A stretch of DNA of 64,000 nt from Takakia lepidozioides (GCA_030704615.1 CM060734.1:42842001-42906000), one strand, 5' to 3'; counted from the stretch's first letter, positions 24,757-38,130 are shown. Notes: generated from the sequence alone by a model not told the origin. Made by a program: numbers and translations.

Positions 24757-27700
24757 ATGCCACTAGTTGCTGGGGACAGTGCCAGTTCGAGCACTAGCGA
24801 TACTAGTGGGTACACGAGACGAGGTGTGCGGTTTAGGCCACCTTCACCTCCTGTGTCTTCTACGGAAGGTTCTGATTCGGATTGTGAATCAGGAGGACTC
24901 ACACCGGCGGTGCAAGTTGTTTCCTTGCCATTATTGATGATTTTATCCAAGAGTTTGATAGTTGCTGTGATTTGCAGCAAATGCGCAATCCACAACTATT
25001 TACGCCTTTCATGGCATGGAAGGGGCTGTTTCAGCACCTTGAGGGGCCGCCTATGGATGATTACCATGAGTTCAGGCAGGGGCATGAGGTTGAGATCGAG
25101 GAGTGGAGGATGTACTGGTCATCCGACTATGTCTCCATCACTAAGGGTACTAGAGCCACGAGGGCAGTGGCTACACCTGCCGCTGCACCGGCAGCTTCAG
25201 CAAGCAGCAGTGGGACTAGTGGCACCGTAGCTACGATGTCCACCCAAGACACTACCGCACCAGCACCAGTACCCGTGCCTGCCTTCAACCCTATTGTGGA
25301 GTTCTTCGAAGAATTGAGATGGAACTACCAAAGGGTGATGACAGAGAAGTTGTGGAGCTTGCAAGAGTTCCAACGGAAGCGACTGAGAGCTTGAGGGAGG
25401 CTTTCACTCGCATGAGGTGCTTGATAATGTAACCCAAGGGTTACGGAAGCTCAGGCAGTCCAATTCTGGTATGGGATATTGGACAAGGAGCTGAGGAAAA
25501 GGGTGCGGGATGCAACTCTTCTACAAGCGGCCCAACCCACCTTAGTAAATGTGTTTTTGCTGGCAGAGCGGATAGAGCTCAACATGGTGGAGGAACGAGT
25601 GGTCATGGTGGGATTTGCTAAGGAGACACTACAGGGTAGTGGTGCTCCTAGCCAACCACTACCTCAACATGCTCAAGACAACAAGGGGGCCCAGGTGAAG
25701 CCCAGGGAAGGACAGAGAGGACCTCAGATGCAGGGGTCTCTATCTTCATTTGCAGGCCAACAACGGGCAGATGTGGTGTGTTGGACATGTGGAGGACCCC
25801 ATGTCAAGAAGGATTGCCCAGAGGGAGGCAAAGGGCCGTCACATGCACAACCTGCACAGTTGTAGTGTGGCCATTGTGGAAAGCACGGGCATGGAAAGGC
25901 CCAGTGTTATGGTTTGCATCCTGAGTTGCGCCCAGGCCAGTTCCAAGGGAACAATGGTGGCCGGGGGCGAGGTGGGGCAGCCCAAAGAGGACAAGGTGGC
26001 CGGGCACGAGGTGTAGGCCAAAGGCAAGCTCAACATGGCCAAGGACGCGGAGGTCAGGGTGTAGACCAAGGCATGGCCAACCGGCTTCAACAGCTAGAGC
26101 AGAGGCTCGCTGCCATGGCTACAGCTTAGGTGGTACCGGCTCCAAGGCCAGATGGTCCACCTCCTGCTCCTGAGGGAGGAGATATGGGATGGGATTCATG
26201 TGCGGAGCAGCACTACCACTAATGCAGGTGGAGTCTGCTGCAGCCGTAACTCGAGGAGCAGCACGAGTTCCTGAGCCACGAGGTGCAGAGGTGGAGTTGG
26301 ATCCACGACGTGGGAGGCAAGCCGTCAGGCTAGGCTTCCTCAGTCATTCACATTGGTGGAGACAGTGTCGACGCCATCCATGGCACCTAGTTCTTGCCCG
26401 ACTGTTACCGAGGCAGAGGTTACTATGCCATTGGGGAGAGCTACACGAGGAGCACTACTACCTAGTGTTGCCAAGGCTACGGCAGCTAGTGTGCTACTGG
26501 GAGCGGCCACATCTGTGTGCCAGGCTCCATTGTTCTCGGCTACCATGATTGCGACGCCGGGGGGTAAGACCAACTGAGGTGTTCAGGCTGGCAGCTACAC
26601 TCTGTGAGAGTGGGGAGGTTACTTCATCTTCCGCGGAGATAGTGGGAGGTGTAGTGCAGGATGGATCCTCGGATTTGAGGGTCAAGACTGCCACGGCGGC
26701 ACCATGGTAAGCTGCAGCTGCCAGGTTGATGGAGCTGCCAGCTAGGCCAGCCATTGAGCGCGCCATGGTGACACCTGGAGTTGTCATGTTAGACAACCAG
26801 GATGACATTTTCTATTTGAGTGGACCGGCAGGCAAGAGGTACCGGCCACTGCGGGTCTTGTTGGACTCGGGAGCTCAGCCATTGATGTTGGGTAGAGCTG
26901 CTTGCCAACACCAGAGGAGATCTTTGATGCCATCGGGCATGCTGAGGTCTTTAGCACTTAAGATTTACGATCCGGATATCACCAGTTGCCGATCAAGGAG
27001 GCGGACAAGGCAAGGATTGCCTATATCAGTGGCGGTTCTTACCATTTGGGCTTAAGAATGCTCCTGCAGAGTTTCAGAGAGTCATGGATAGGATTCTAGC
27101 AGGGGTGGACTTTGCTCGGTGCTACATAGATGACATCATCATCTTTAGTGCTACGGTGGAGGAGCATGAGAGACACCTTCAGGTGGTATTGGAGCGCTTT
27201 GAGAGCGCACGGATTGAAGTTGCATCCAGGGAAGTGCAAGTTTTTCCACAACCAGATTGAGTATCTGGGTCACATGATATATCCTGGAGGATTGGGGGTA
27301 AAGCAGACTAAGGTAGAGGCCATTGCACAAATTCCATGCCCCACAGATGTGAGCCGAGTTCGAGCTTTCATGGGGTTGGCAAACTATTATAGACGGTTTG
27401 TCAAGGGATTTAGTGCCATTGCAAAGGCTCTAACCAAGCTAACCAAGGTGGACCGTTGTTCTAACCGCTTCCCTCACTAACCGTCGTCCGTGAACTAACA
27501 TGTTCCATTCGCAGGTGTCGTTCCCCACAGTCGTTCCTGTCCTGCTATCGTTCCCTATGGTCGTAATAGCTTGTGTGAAACTGTGACGGACTGTGACCGG
27601 CGTGTCGGGCTGTGACTGGCTGTGCGACTGTGTTTGGTTGTGTCAGGCTGTGACTGGCTGTGTGGCTGTGTCGGCTGTAACGGGCTGTGTTGGCTGTGAT

Positions 27701-29807
27701 GGGCTGTGTCGGGCTGTGCGGAAGATGAGCAAGAACGAGCTTTTCAAGAGCTCAAGGCGAGGTTGACCTCGGCGCCTATCCTGAGACGACCTATCAGGGG
27801 GCGTCCCTTTCAGCTGCATACGGATTGGAGCATGCTGGGGCTTGGAGCGGTGCTCACTCAGGTGGATGATGAGGGAAGAGAGTTCGTAGTGGCTTATGCT
27901 AGCCGCTCGAACAACGCTGTAGAGGCTAAGTACAGCTCATATGAGGGAGAGTGCTTAGTTGCAGTGTGGGCCGTGGCACACTTCAAGTGCTATCTATACG
28001 ACAATCTCTTCACCCTTGTCACGGATCACCAGCCACTCAAGTGGTTGATGGAGTCAGACAAGCTTACGGGGAAGCTTGCACAGTGGGCATTCATACTCCA
28101 GGAGTATGACTTTCAGGTTGTGCATCAACCGGGTTTGGTCAATCGGGATGCAGATGGATTGAGTCGCAATCCATGCACGAGCCAGCAAGATGACACTGGA
28201 GCTTGGTGGCATGGTGAGACGGACGAGGAGATGGTGCCGGGATGGCATGCATCTGTCTTTTTGTGTATCTTGGCATCGGGAGGTCAGGTTGGACCTACAA
28301 CATGGACGACTGTAGACGGATTGTCTGAGGACCCTGAGGCTAGTGATGAGCCAGGTGGTACTCGAGATATACATGAGGATTCGGCTGTGTTGGACTACCT
28401 CCGTACTGGAGACACGGCAGCCACTGTGACTGTCAAAGAGAGGGATTAGATCCTGCAACGAGCCAAGAGGTTCAAGTGGGAGGGGATACACTTGCTCCGA
28501 GTATGGGAGGATGGTCGGGGGGGGATTGTGCCTCACCCCACACAGCGTGCACGGTTAGTGCGGCATGCCCATGAGGAGTTGGGGTATTTTGGAGTGCGAC
28601 GCACTCACAGTCTACTGCAGGGGCAGTATTGGTGGCGTGGTATACACACAGGTGCAACGGTTTGTGGCTAGGTGCATGGTGTGTGACAGGGAGCGTGCTT
28701 CATTCAATGCCCCTACACCCCAGTTGCATCCTCTTTCGATCATGGGATTGGGCTGCAGGTGGAATCTTGACTTCGCAGGACCGTTGCCACTGACTATGCG
28801 CCACCTCAAATATGTGTTGGTGATGGTGGAGCACTTCTTCAAGTGGATTGAGTTGGTTCCATTACCTGACAAGGCTAGTGAGGGGGCTGCGTATGCATTC
28901 TTGGATCGTGTGCTTAGCCGATTCGGTGCTCCAGTTGAGGTACTCACGGACCAAGGGAGAGAGTTCTTGGGGGAGTTTCAGGCTTTGTGTGATAAAGCCT
29001 TGATATCAACGCACCACTTCTCGGGATCATCCTGAGGCTGATGGCTTGACAAAGAGAGTTGTTCAGACGGTGAAGAGGGGTTTGCGCAAGTATGGCTTAC
29101 AGAAGGGACACCTAGGAGATTGGGATCTTCAGATACCTTGGTTAGCCATGGGCTACCGGTTCAGCAAACAAACATCACTTGCCTCCTTCTCACCATATTT
29201 TCTTCTCTTTGGCCGAGAGCCAGATTTGCCTACAACCATTCGTAGGGACAATGCTCAAGTCCTTAACCTTGACGATCCGGACGTGTGGGTACGTGCATGT
29301 GATCAGCGTGCAAAGTTGTTCAAGAAAGTCATGCCCATGGCTTTTGAGAACCTTGCCATTGCACAGCACCGTGATACATTGAGGTATGTCACTATACGTG
29401 GTGGAGGTTATCGTCCTGGGGTTCGGCGATTTAGCCCGGATGACTATGTTTATTTGCAGCAGACTGCTCCTACGACCCTGGATGTCACTGCAGGGTGTGT
29501 TATTCTGAGGGTTCGAGAGGTGTTGCCCTCAGGAGTCCTGATCTTGGAGGGTCGGGATGGCATGACTTGGAAAGACCATGTGCGTAATTGTGCATCATGT
29601 CACCTTCCCAATGTCGATGGCAGAGTTGACCCAAACTTGGCAGTGGTACCTACAGGTTTGAGGTGCATGCTCTGTGGGTCTGCCAAAGGGGCAGCCACCA
29701 TGCTGGTGTGTGATCGATGCTCAAGAGGTTGGCATATGGGATGCTTGACACCACCTCTTGAGAGGGTTCCTGATGGAGATTGGTTATGTCCACACCGCTT
29801 GGGATAG
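24757..29807 (+). pseudogene. Disrupted gag-pol of the outer Ty3/gypsy element, integrase with C-terminal PHD finger
   Basis: Zn knuckles CWTCGGPHVKKDC and CGHCGKHGHGKAQC; protease LLDSGAQ (~26860); RT YIDD (~27123); RNase H LHTDWS, TDHQPL; integrase LDFAGP, TDQGREF; PHD CMLC...CDRC...WHMGC...WLCPH (29664-29795). Multiple stops and frameshifts; apparent deletion between protease and RT at ~26905. Confidence 0.92.
27455..27719 (-). repeat. Inverted internal fragment of the LTR of the nested/solo LTR family, inserted in the RT-RNaseH linker
   Basis: Reverse complement matches ~42590-42855 (GACTGTGGGGAAC.ACACCTGCGAA.GGAACATGTTAGTTCAC.GACGACGGTTAGTGAGGGAA.CGGTTAGAAC). No TG..CA ends and no TSD. 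Confidence 0.9.
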
Positions 29808-31037
29808 TGGAAGTGGACATGACTAAAGGCAGCTATAAGACATGGGAGGCCAAGCTCATAGGAGTCAATACACGAGATCCCAGGCTCAAGTTCACATGTT
29901 GCAAGACGACGACTAACGATGGGGCAACTTTTGCACTCGGCCTGATCTATCAAGTTTGAGTGTAGTAGGGACAGTGGTGTAGCCTAGTGGTTGGACTAGT
30001 GGTATACTAGTGTGTGGCATCCACGTGTATTGTATGGTTTTGGACAGCGATGTAGTTGTGTAACGATATGTATGCGCACGACAGCTGTCAAGTTATTTTA
30101 CCACTAGTGTGAAACTAGCTAGGAAATAGTTAGCTTTTACATATTGACATTTGGGATTGGCCCAAGTGTCAATCCAGGGGTCAAGGCAGATTTAGGCCCT
30201 GGAGTGGTTATCTTCACGGCAAGCGCGAGAGGCTCATCTTTCTCGAGTTGAGCCTCACCGCGCCTAGCTATGGCGCCGTAGTGTGGATTCCCCATGGCGT
30301 GGGGTGCACTTGGCTTGACTTGTATTTGAGTGATGAGTTTATATATGCATGAGTTTATGCTTCAGCTTTGTGAGCTCGCATGAGCTTGTGCTTGTATTCT
30401 CTTCTTTATCAATTGTGTGGACTAGTGACTGCCATATGTTAGAGGACTGTCGGGGACTTAGACACTTATACGGGATCTGTAGGGTACCCTTAATTTTTGC
30501 ACAGACTGAGACCAATAGGAGCCTTAGGGATGACAGCAGCGCACTGTAGAGGGAGGTTACACAGTCGTCACAGTCGACACAGCCAACACAGCCCGTCACA
30601 GTCGTCACAGCCAACACAGCCCGTCACAGTCGTCACAGCAGACACAGCCGACACAGCCAACACAGCCCGTCACAGTCGTCACAGCAGACACAGCCGACAC
30701 AGCGAGAGGGGATCGGGCAAAGATGAAGAACGGAAGTGAAGATAGAGAGATGATGAATAGATGCTTGATATATGCAAGGCTGTAATGATATTGTAGAGTA
30801 GATTAGAGACACAATGGCTTCGGCCTAATACCTGATAAATCATAATCGGATACTTTTACGATACAATCACACTGTGTAGAGAGATCTGAGTGAAGCTGTG
30901 AAATGAATGGATGAGTTGATGGAATCCAATAGATTGATAAAGCAAACTGATACTTAATTATCAATGGTAAGATAGCTAACATGAATACCAAAAGGGAAAC
31001 AAATAGGAAACACCCCATGATACACTAGCTGTAGGTC

Positions 31038-31733
31038 ATGACTGATTGTTCTGCGCGGGCTGAGTACTTAGAGATTTCCAACTCTTCTATCTTGGAGTTT
31101 CCGCCTCGAATAGCGAAGGGATGGGTGAGTAAAAGCCGCGCGACATTTGGCGACCATACTGGGGAACTGAGTCATGAACAACCAGATGTGACAGGCATCT
31201 GGTGGGATCATGGTGGTTGGACCATTAAAGAATTTGAAGTGAATCAAATTCCCTGTGGAACGAAGGAAGAAAGATTGTCCAAACAATTCTTTCAAAGGTT
31301 CTTGGAATTGCCAGACGGTTGTAAAGAAAATATTCTTAAGCGAGTGCATGATGCTGATCCAGAATGGGGTCTGGAGAAAGGAGTGATAAAGATTTATCAG
31401 GTAGCCTGTAGAGGAAGAGCACGTTGGTTACCAACATTGGTTTATGTGATAGCATTGCTATCCATTAAACGAGTAGAGTTTGAAGGCTGGGAAGAAAGAA
31501 AGGTGAATGTTTATACTCATATGCATGAAGAGCTTGTACTGGTAAAGAATTGGATTCCAAAGGATATTTTGTGGATCAAACTCACACCAAGAACAGCTTT
31601 TCAGACTTGTTTGCCATATGGTTATATGGTAACGGAGACTTCAAGTATAGCCAAGGGTGCATTGAAGCTTGAAAGAAACCCAGGCATATACGAGAGATAT
31701 TACAGAAGAGAGTTTTGGTTATTGCCACATTAA
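31038..31733 (+). CDS. Extra 5' ORF upstream of gag, unknown function
   Basis: 231-aa open frame running from inside the LTR across the PBS and ending 21 nt before the gag-region ATG (31755). Trp-rich, globular-looking composition. Confidence 0.6.
   Translation: MTDCSARAEYLEISNSSILEFPPRIAKGWVSKSRATFGDHTGELSHEQPDVTGIWWDHGGWTIKEFEVNQIPCGTKEERLSKQFFQRFLELPDGCKENILKRVHDADPEWGLEKGVIKIYQVACRGRARWLPTLVYVIALLSIKRVEFEGWEERKVNVYTHMHEELVLVKNWIPKDILWIKLTPRTAFQTCLPYGYMVTETSSIAKGALKLERNPGIYERYYRREFWLLPH
31148..31165 (+). promoter_or_regulatory. Primer-binding site, probably tRNA-Arg
   Basis: TGGCGACCATACTGGG, 2 nt after the 5' LTR. Near-complementary to the 3' end of plant tRNA-Arg (…CCCACTGTGGTCGCCA, as recalled). 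Confidence 0.7.
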
Positions 31734-31754
31734 AAGAAATGAAAGACATGGGAC

Positions 31755-34700
31755 ATGAGTGATGAAAGAGAAGCTAGACGCCAGAGATATTCAGCAAAAA
31801 GAGAAAGCTATCTGAAAGCTAATTATCCATATCTTTGGGAGAGAGGAATAGACATAGGGGAATCATCTGGACCTCTCACACCATTAAGATCAAAGAGTAC
31901 ATCACCTATACCGGAAGAACTAGAGTTGGATGCCACTCCTTCTGTTTCTTTGCAAGAAAGATTAAGGGAATTGGTACAGGAAGAAGATCAATCACGAGGT
32001 GAAAGATCTGAGGTACATCCTTGGATAAAAGATTTGACAGAAATCTTTGATAAGAGTTGGCATGGAACACCAAAAGCAGGAACTCCAGTTTCTGAAGCAG
32101 AAGGTGAAGAAGGAGAAGAGGATGTGGCAGAGCCAACGGAGAGTTCAGACTCTCCAACACCATTACAGTTGAGTTACATGAGTGAAGAAGAAACCCAAGG
32201 GCAGAACTTGGAGGATGAAAACAGAAGAAGAAATTGAAAGAGGAAGAATATGAAGAAGTAGACCCAACAGCTGAGGTTGAGACTACAACCAGGACATCCC
32301 AACCCGTTGGACCTGGATCAAGTGGAGCACTTGGATCACAGGCCAACGAAGGTGTCGGCTCAGGGGGATCAGGCGGGCTGCCTGGATCTGGCTCTGGGGG
32401 GACAGGGAGTGTGGGAAGTAGTGCAACTGAAGCTGGGAATACTGTGAATATCGTGGGGCCAGAAGCAGGGAGTGCTCAAGGGCCACCACTTGGTGGAAGA
32501 TCCACCACAAAAACAACAGGTCCAGAAGGACCAGCACCAGCAAGGGTGCCAGCACCTGTCAGTGGGCAGAAGGTAGGGCCACAGATGGCGTTACAACCAA
32601 CACGGGCAAAACCACCCTTTCCAATATATTCAGGAAAAGGGGATCCCGATGTACACATTAGCCAATTTGAGCACATGTGTATAGTGAACAATGAGAATGG
32701 CGATGATGCCAAGATGAGATTGTTTCCTTGTTCACTTATCAAGAAAGCAAGTGAATGGTATGCAAGATTCCCTGATAATCATTTCCTAACCTGGAATGGC
32801 TTGAATACAACATTTCGAAATAGGTTCAGGACAAGTAAAACTGAGGATGAAGTGTATGGAAGTTTACAACAGCTGAAGCAGAAGAAGCATGAAACTGTTG
32901 AAGAGTATATGGAGAAGATGGAATTGATGATGAAAAAGCTGGCTGCAGTACCAGCACCGGTTTACAGAAGACTTGGTTTGTGAGTGGACTAAGACCAGAG
33001 TTGCAAAAGAAAGTGGATATGTTACCCCATAATACAGTGGAGGAGGCATTTGAAACTGCGAACAGAATTGAGCAATTGGGAATGCTCAGGAGAGAGAAAA
33101 AAGAAGATGAGGACTCTGAGGATGAGTCAGATGAAGAAGAAGAGCAAGAACTAAAAAGAAAGAGTAAGAGAAAGGAGAAGTTGAAGAGGGATAACTATGA
33201 AAAAAAATTGGAAGAAATCTTGAAGAAGTATGCCACAGAGGCTGCAACACATTGGAGGAAGGGTGTATGGTGTGCAAAGTGCCAGAATGAAGGCCATACC
33301 ACCACAGAATGCCACATGAAGGAGAAACACTGTACTATCTGTAAAATGGATAACCATTCTACTGAGAATTGTTACTACAACAGAAGGACAGCTGCAAGAG
33401 AACCTAGGCAAGTAAGGGTGCATCAGGTGCAGCCCCAGCCAAGAAGAAACAATGATCAGGACCACTATGGTAGGTCTGGTGGTTATAACAATGGCATGGA
33501 AGGGAGAGGTAATTCAAGAGGGAATTACCAAGGAAATTCCAGAGGCAACTATCAGGGTAATCCAAGGGGGAATTACCAGCCCGGGAATCAGGATTATAGA
33601 AATAATCCAAGAACAGACCAAGGGCGAGGACCCAATGGTGAAGAGCTATGTTACTATTGTAATCAGCCAGGACATCGCAAGGCAGCCTGTTCATTCTGGA
33701 TAAGACACCAGAATGAGATGAGAGCTCCTGTGAATGAGGGCCCAGTGGTGGCAGCTCACATGGTTAGGCCATGTGTTGTACCAGAAGTAAGTACAATGAT
33801 AGTAACAAGAAGTAAAGCCAAACTAATACCTCCAGTAGAAGAGAAGAAGAAGATGATAATGGAAGTGGCAATGATATGCCTGAAGATGAAGAGACTTGGA
33901 AAGATGAGAAGGAACTGCACAAGGAAGTGGCAGATACTATAAGGGAAATGCAGAAGAGTACTGATATTCCTGTGGCAGATTCCTCTGATTCTGATGGAGA
34001 AGAAGAAGGAGTGAGGAAGAAAGGAAAAAAAGAAGATGCAGACATGCAAAGTAATGAAGAGACTTTGGCTGAAGTAATATGCAGACCAAAGCAGAAATTA
34101 CCATTGGACAGCTATTAGCTGTGGCACCTTATTGTAGGCACAGGCTGTATCAAGCAATCAATCGAATTGCCCAAGAGACAGGAAACACAGACCTGAACAG
34201 CAAGGTGACCAGTTATAATGTGAAGCCGGAAGGGCGAGAAACAGTCATGGACTTTGATGATTCTATGCCAGTAATCCAATTGAGAATTGGAAGCACAGAA
34301 CTAACTGATGTACTGATAGATGGTGGTTCTGGAGTAAATATCATGACAGACCAATTAAGGAAGAAGCTTGGTCTAAGTAACATGAAACCAGCCCCATTTA
34401 CAGTAACAATGGCAGATCAAAGAAGTGTACAGCCATTGGGATTAATAAGAGGAGTTAAGATACAGATACAGAAAATGATCTTTATGATCACAGTAACTGT
34501 ATTAAAATGGATGAAGTCATGGAGGCTTACTCCTTATTATTGGGACGTCCGTGGCTGAAACAGGCCAGGGTATTCCATGACTGGAATTCTCAGTTACTAA
34601 CCGTGCATAATGGGATACACGAGATACAAATTACCACAAAGAAATCTAGTAGATTACCTGCTACAAGAAGACCTCGAGGAGTCAGAGAGTATGACTGGAA

Positions 34701-37700
34701 AGGAGGACTGGATGAGGAGCAGGAAGCTACCCTATTTGCTGCACACCCAGAGTGGGAGCAGGTTGCAGAGATGCGGCTGGAAAGCCTAAGTTGTTTGAGA
34801 GGTATCTGCTGTGGTGTAGTGACAGCAACACCAACTGAAGAGGAAACCAGCATTTACCCATCACATTTCTATGAAGAAGAGAGAAGGAGAAATAGAAATC
34901 CTAGAAGAACCAGCCACTGTGAGCTTACAGGATGAAGTGGTGACTGGTTGGACAATCACAGCTGATGAGCAGGTGAGGGAAGTAAAGTAAATGTGGGAAC
35001 TAAAGAGGAACCGAGGATGGTGAAAGTAGGAGCTGATTTGGAGCCGGAATTCTTCGAAGAAGCTAAAAGCTTGTTCATCAAATACAGAGATGTATTTGCT
35101 TGGAGCTATGAGGATCTAAAAGGGATACCACCTGAAGTCTGTCAGCATAAGATTGAACTGGAACCAGGGTCAGTACCAATCAAGCAGGCGAGGTATAGAA
35201 TGAATCCCAACTACGCACAGAAGGTTGGAGAAGAGATAAAGAAGTTGGCTGAGGCTAAGTTTATATACCCAATAGAGTATACAACTTGGTTGTCACCCAT
35301 TGTTATAGTTCCCAAGAAGAATGGCAAACTAAGAGTATGTGTGAACTATAAGAAGCTGAATGCTTGTACGAAGAAAGATCCTTTCCCTTTGCCATTCACA
35401 GAAGCAGTATTAGACACTGTGGCAGGCCATGAGATGTACTCATTCATGGATGGCTTCAGTGGTTATAATCAAGTGCAAGTGGCAGAAGAAGACCAAGGGA
35501 AAACAGCTTTCATCACAGACTGGGGGCTTATGCATACAAAGTCATGCCCTTTGGACTTTGTAATGCACCAGCGACCTTTCAGAGAGTGATAAGTGAATCT
35601 TTTCATGAGTATCTGGATGATTTCATGCAGGTATTCTTGGATGATTTCAGTGTGTACAGCTCTAAGAATGAGCACTTGCATAAATTGGAGTTATGTTTGG
35701 CCAGATGCAGGATGAGAGGTCTGGGCCTGAATCCAGAGAAGTGTACTTTCTGTGTGAACTCAGGGGTGCTTCTGGGACACATTGTGTGTAAGAAGGGACT
35801 CCTTGTGGATCCCAGAAAGACAGAGTCCATTAAAGCCTCTCCACCACCAGTGAATGTTAAAAGTCTACGGAGATTCCTTGGGCAAACCAGTTATTACAGG
35901 AGATTTGTCAAAAGGTATGCACAAATAGCAGCACCATTGAGCAAGCTTTGAAGAAAGATGCAGTGTTTGCCTGGACAGCTGAATGTCAACAGGCATTTGA
36001 GGAACTTACACTGTCAGTAACAACTACACCTGTGCTGATTAACCCTCACTGGCATGTAGTATTCATGTTCACTGCGATGCATCAGGAGAAGCGTTGGGAG
36101 CGGTGTTAGCCCAGAATGTTACAGGGAATATAGATTCACCTGTGTACTATGCTAGCCGGTTGATGAACAGTGCTGAGAGGAACTATAGCACAACGGAAAG
36201 AGAAGCATTGGCAATGATCTATGCAGTGAAGAAATTCAGGCATTACCTGTTGGGCAAGAAGTTTATGTTCTATGTGGATCACCAGGCTCTGATATACCTG
36301 GTAAACAAACCTCTCTAAGCGGAAGAAGCGAAGAATAGCAGATGGTTGATAATCTTGCACGAGTTTGAGTTCGAGGTTTTACAAGCCTGGGAGACTGCAT
36401 CTTGTGGCGGATCATTTGTCACGATTGTCAACAGGAGAACCAGCCACAGGAATAGATGATCAATTACCAGATGCGAGTCTCTTGCAGTGGAGGTGCAGGG
36501 AAGTGCAGATGACTGGTTAGATTGGCAGTGGCCAATCAGATACTACCTTGCTCATGGTCAGTGCCCACCTAGTTATGGTAAGGAGCAGAGGAAGAGAATC
36601 GCTGTATCAAAGCTTTACCTTATACTATGGTAGGAAGCAGAATGTATAAGTTAGGACCTGATGGAGTACTAAAACGATGCTTGTACCACCATGAAGTAAA
36701 TAAAGTTTGGCGGAAGTTCATAAAGGAGTGGCTGGAGGTCATTTGGAGAAGAGACTACCAGTAGAAAGATACTACTCGCAGGATACTGGTGGCCTACTTT
36801 GTTCAAAGATGTACACGAGTATTGTCAGAAGTGTGATGAATGTCAGAGGCTAGGACCTTTGCAGAGATCTGGAAGGATGGCCTGCATCCTACAATGCCTA
36901 CGGAACCATTTCAGAAATGGGGACTAGACTTTGTTGGACCAATTAACCCACCATCCAAGAATACACGAAACAGGTACATAATTACAACCACTGATTATAC
37001 TACAAAGTGGGTGGAAGCTAAAGCTTTGAGGGACAACACAGCCAAGTCCACAGCAAGGTTCCTGTACGAGAACATACTTACACGATTTGGCTGTCCCTTA
37101 GAATTTATCAGTGATCAGGGAAGTCACTTCATGAATGAGACCATTGAGTTGTTGACTAAAGAGTTATGATTGTGCATAGAAAGAGTACAACATATTACCC
37201 ACAGGGTAATGGGCAGGCAGAGGCTACCAACAACAAAATACTATGTACTATCTTGGCTAAGATAGTCAATGCAAACAGAACGGATTGGGATACAAAGCTG
37301 CTGACAGCTTTGTGGTCATACAGGACTTCATATAAAGTCACCACTAAGTATACACCATTCCAATTAGTATATGGTATGGAAGCCTTACTTCCAGTGGAAT
37401 TATTTCCTGTTACTACCATGAGAACGGAGTGGGGAAAAAGAATGGAATTGCAAGACTCCATCAAGGTCAGGAGGAAACATGAATTATACCATGTGGAAGA
37501 AGTACGTGCTGATGCAGCTGATAATATGACCAGAATTCAGATGAAGCGAAAGGAACAGTTTGATGAAGGCAAGTTAAAGACTTTTAAGACGGGGGATTTG
37601 GTTCTATGGTTGCAGAAGAAAGGAAAGATTCAAGCTTCTAAGCTTAAATCACCATGGAAAGGACCTTATGTCATACAAAAGATGTATGATAACAACACCG

Positions 37701-37756
37701 CCATGTTACAAACCATTAACAAAGAAATGCTGGGAAGAGTCAATGCAATAAGTTGA
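31755..37756 (+). pseudogene. gag-pol of the nested element (frameshifted as assembled)
   Basis: Gag YSGKGDPDVHISQF...ASEWY; three CCHC knuckles (CAKCQNEGHTTTEC, CTICKMDNHSTENC, CYYCNQPGHRKAAC); protease LIDGGSGVN; RT VPKKNGKLRVC, MDGFSGYNQ, FLDD; RNase H YYASR...EREALA; integrase GLDFVGP, SDQGSHF, GPY motif. No chromodomain. Confidence 0.95.
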
Positions 37757-37899
37757 AGGGGTACAGTGGTATCCATGACAAACCCTTGCAGCATGATTTG
37801 CATGTTGAACCGCAAAAGAGCAGTCACGGGCTGCACCAGTGTTACGAACGGAGTATGGGAGCACTTGTCGCTAGGCCCAGCATATATGACCAGGGCGGC

Positions 37900-38130
37900 A
37901 AAACAAACGTGACACAGCCTATCACGCCCATCAGGCACAAGCACAGACTATCACAGCACAGCACGACCACAACACCGCCTATCACAACCACACAGCAGGT
38001 CACAGCCTATCACAAGCTTACCACAGGAATCACAGCCTATCACAGCTTACCACAGTGCATCACAGCCTATCACAGCGTAACACAGTATGACACAGCCTGT
38101 CACAGCTCAACACAGCCTACTAAAGTCACA
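37900..38130. repeat. CACAGCCTATCACAGC tandem repeats downstream of integrase
   Basis: Repeated ATCACAGCCTATCACAGC(T/G)TA(C/A)CACAG units. Confidence 0.85.

Noticed and set aside
24757-30083. DIRS/PAT tyrosine-recombinase element, suggested by the split repeats
   Set aside because: No tyrosine recombinase ORF was recognised; a protease and a DDE integrase are present.
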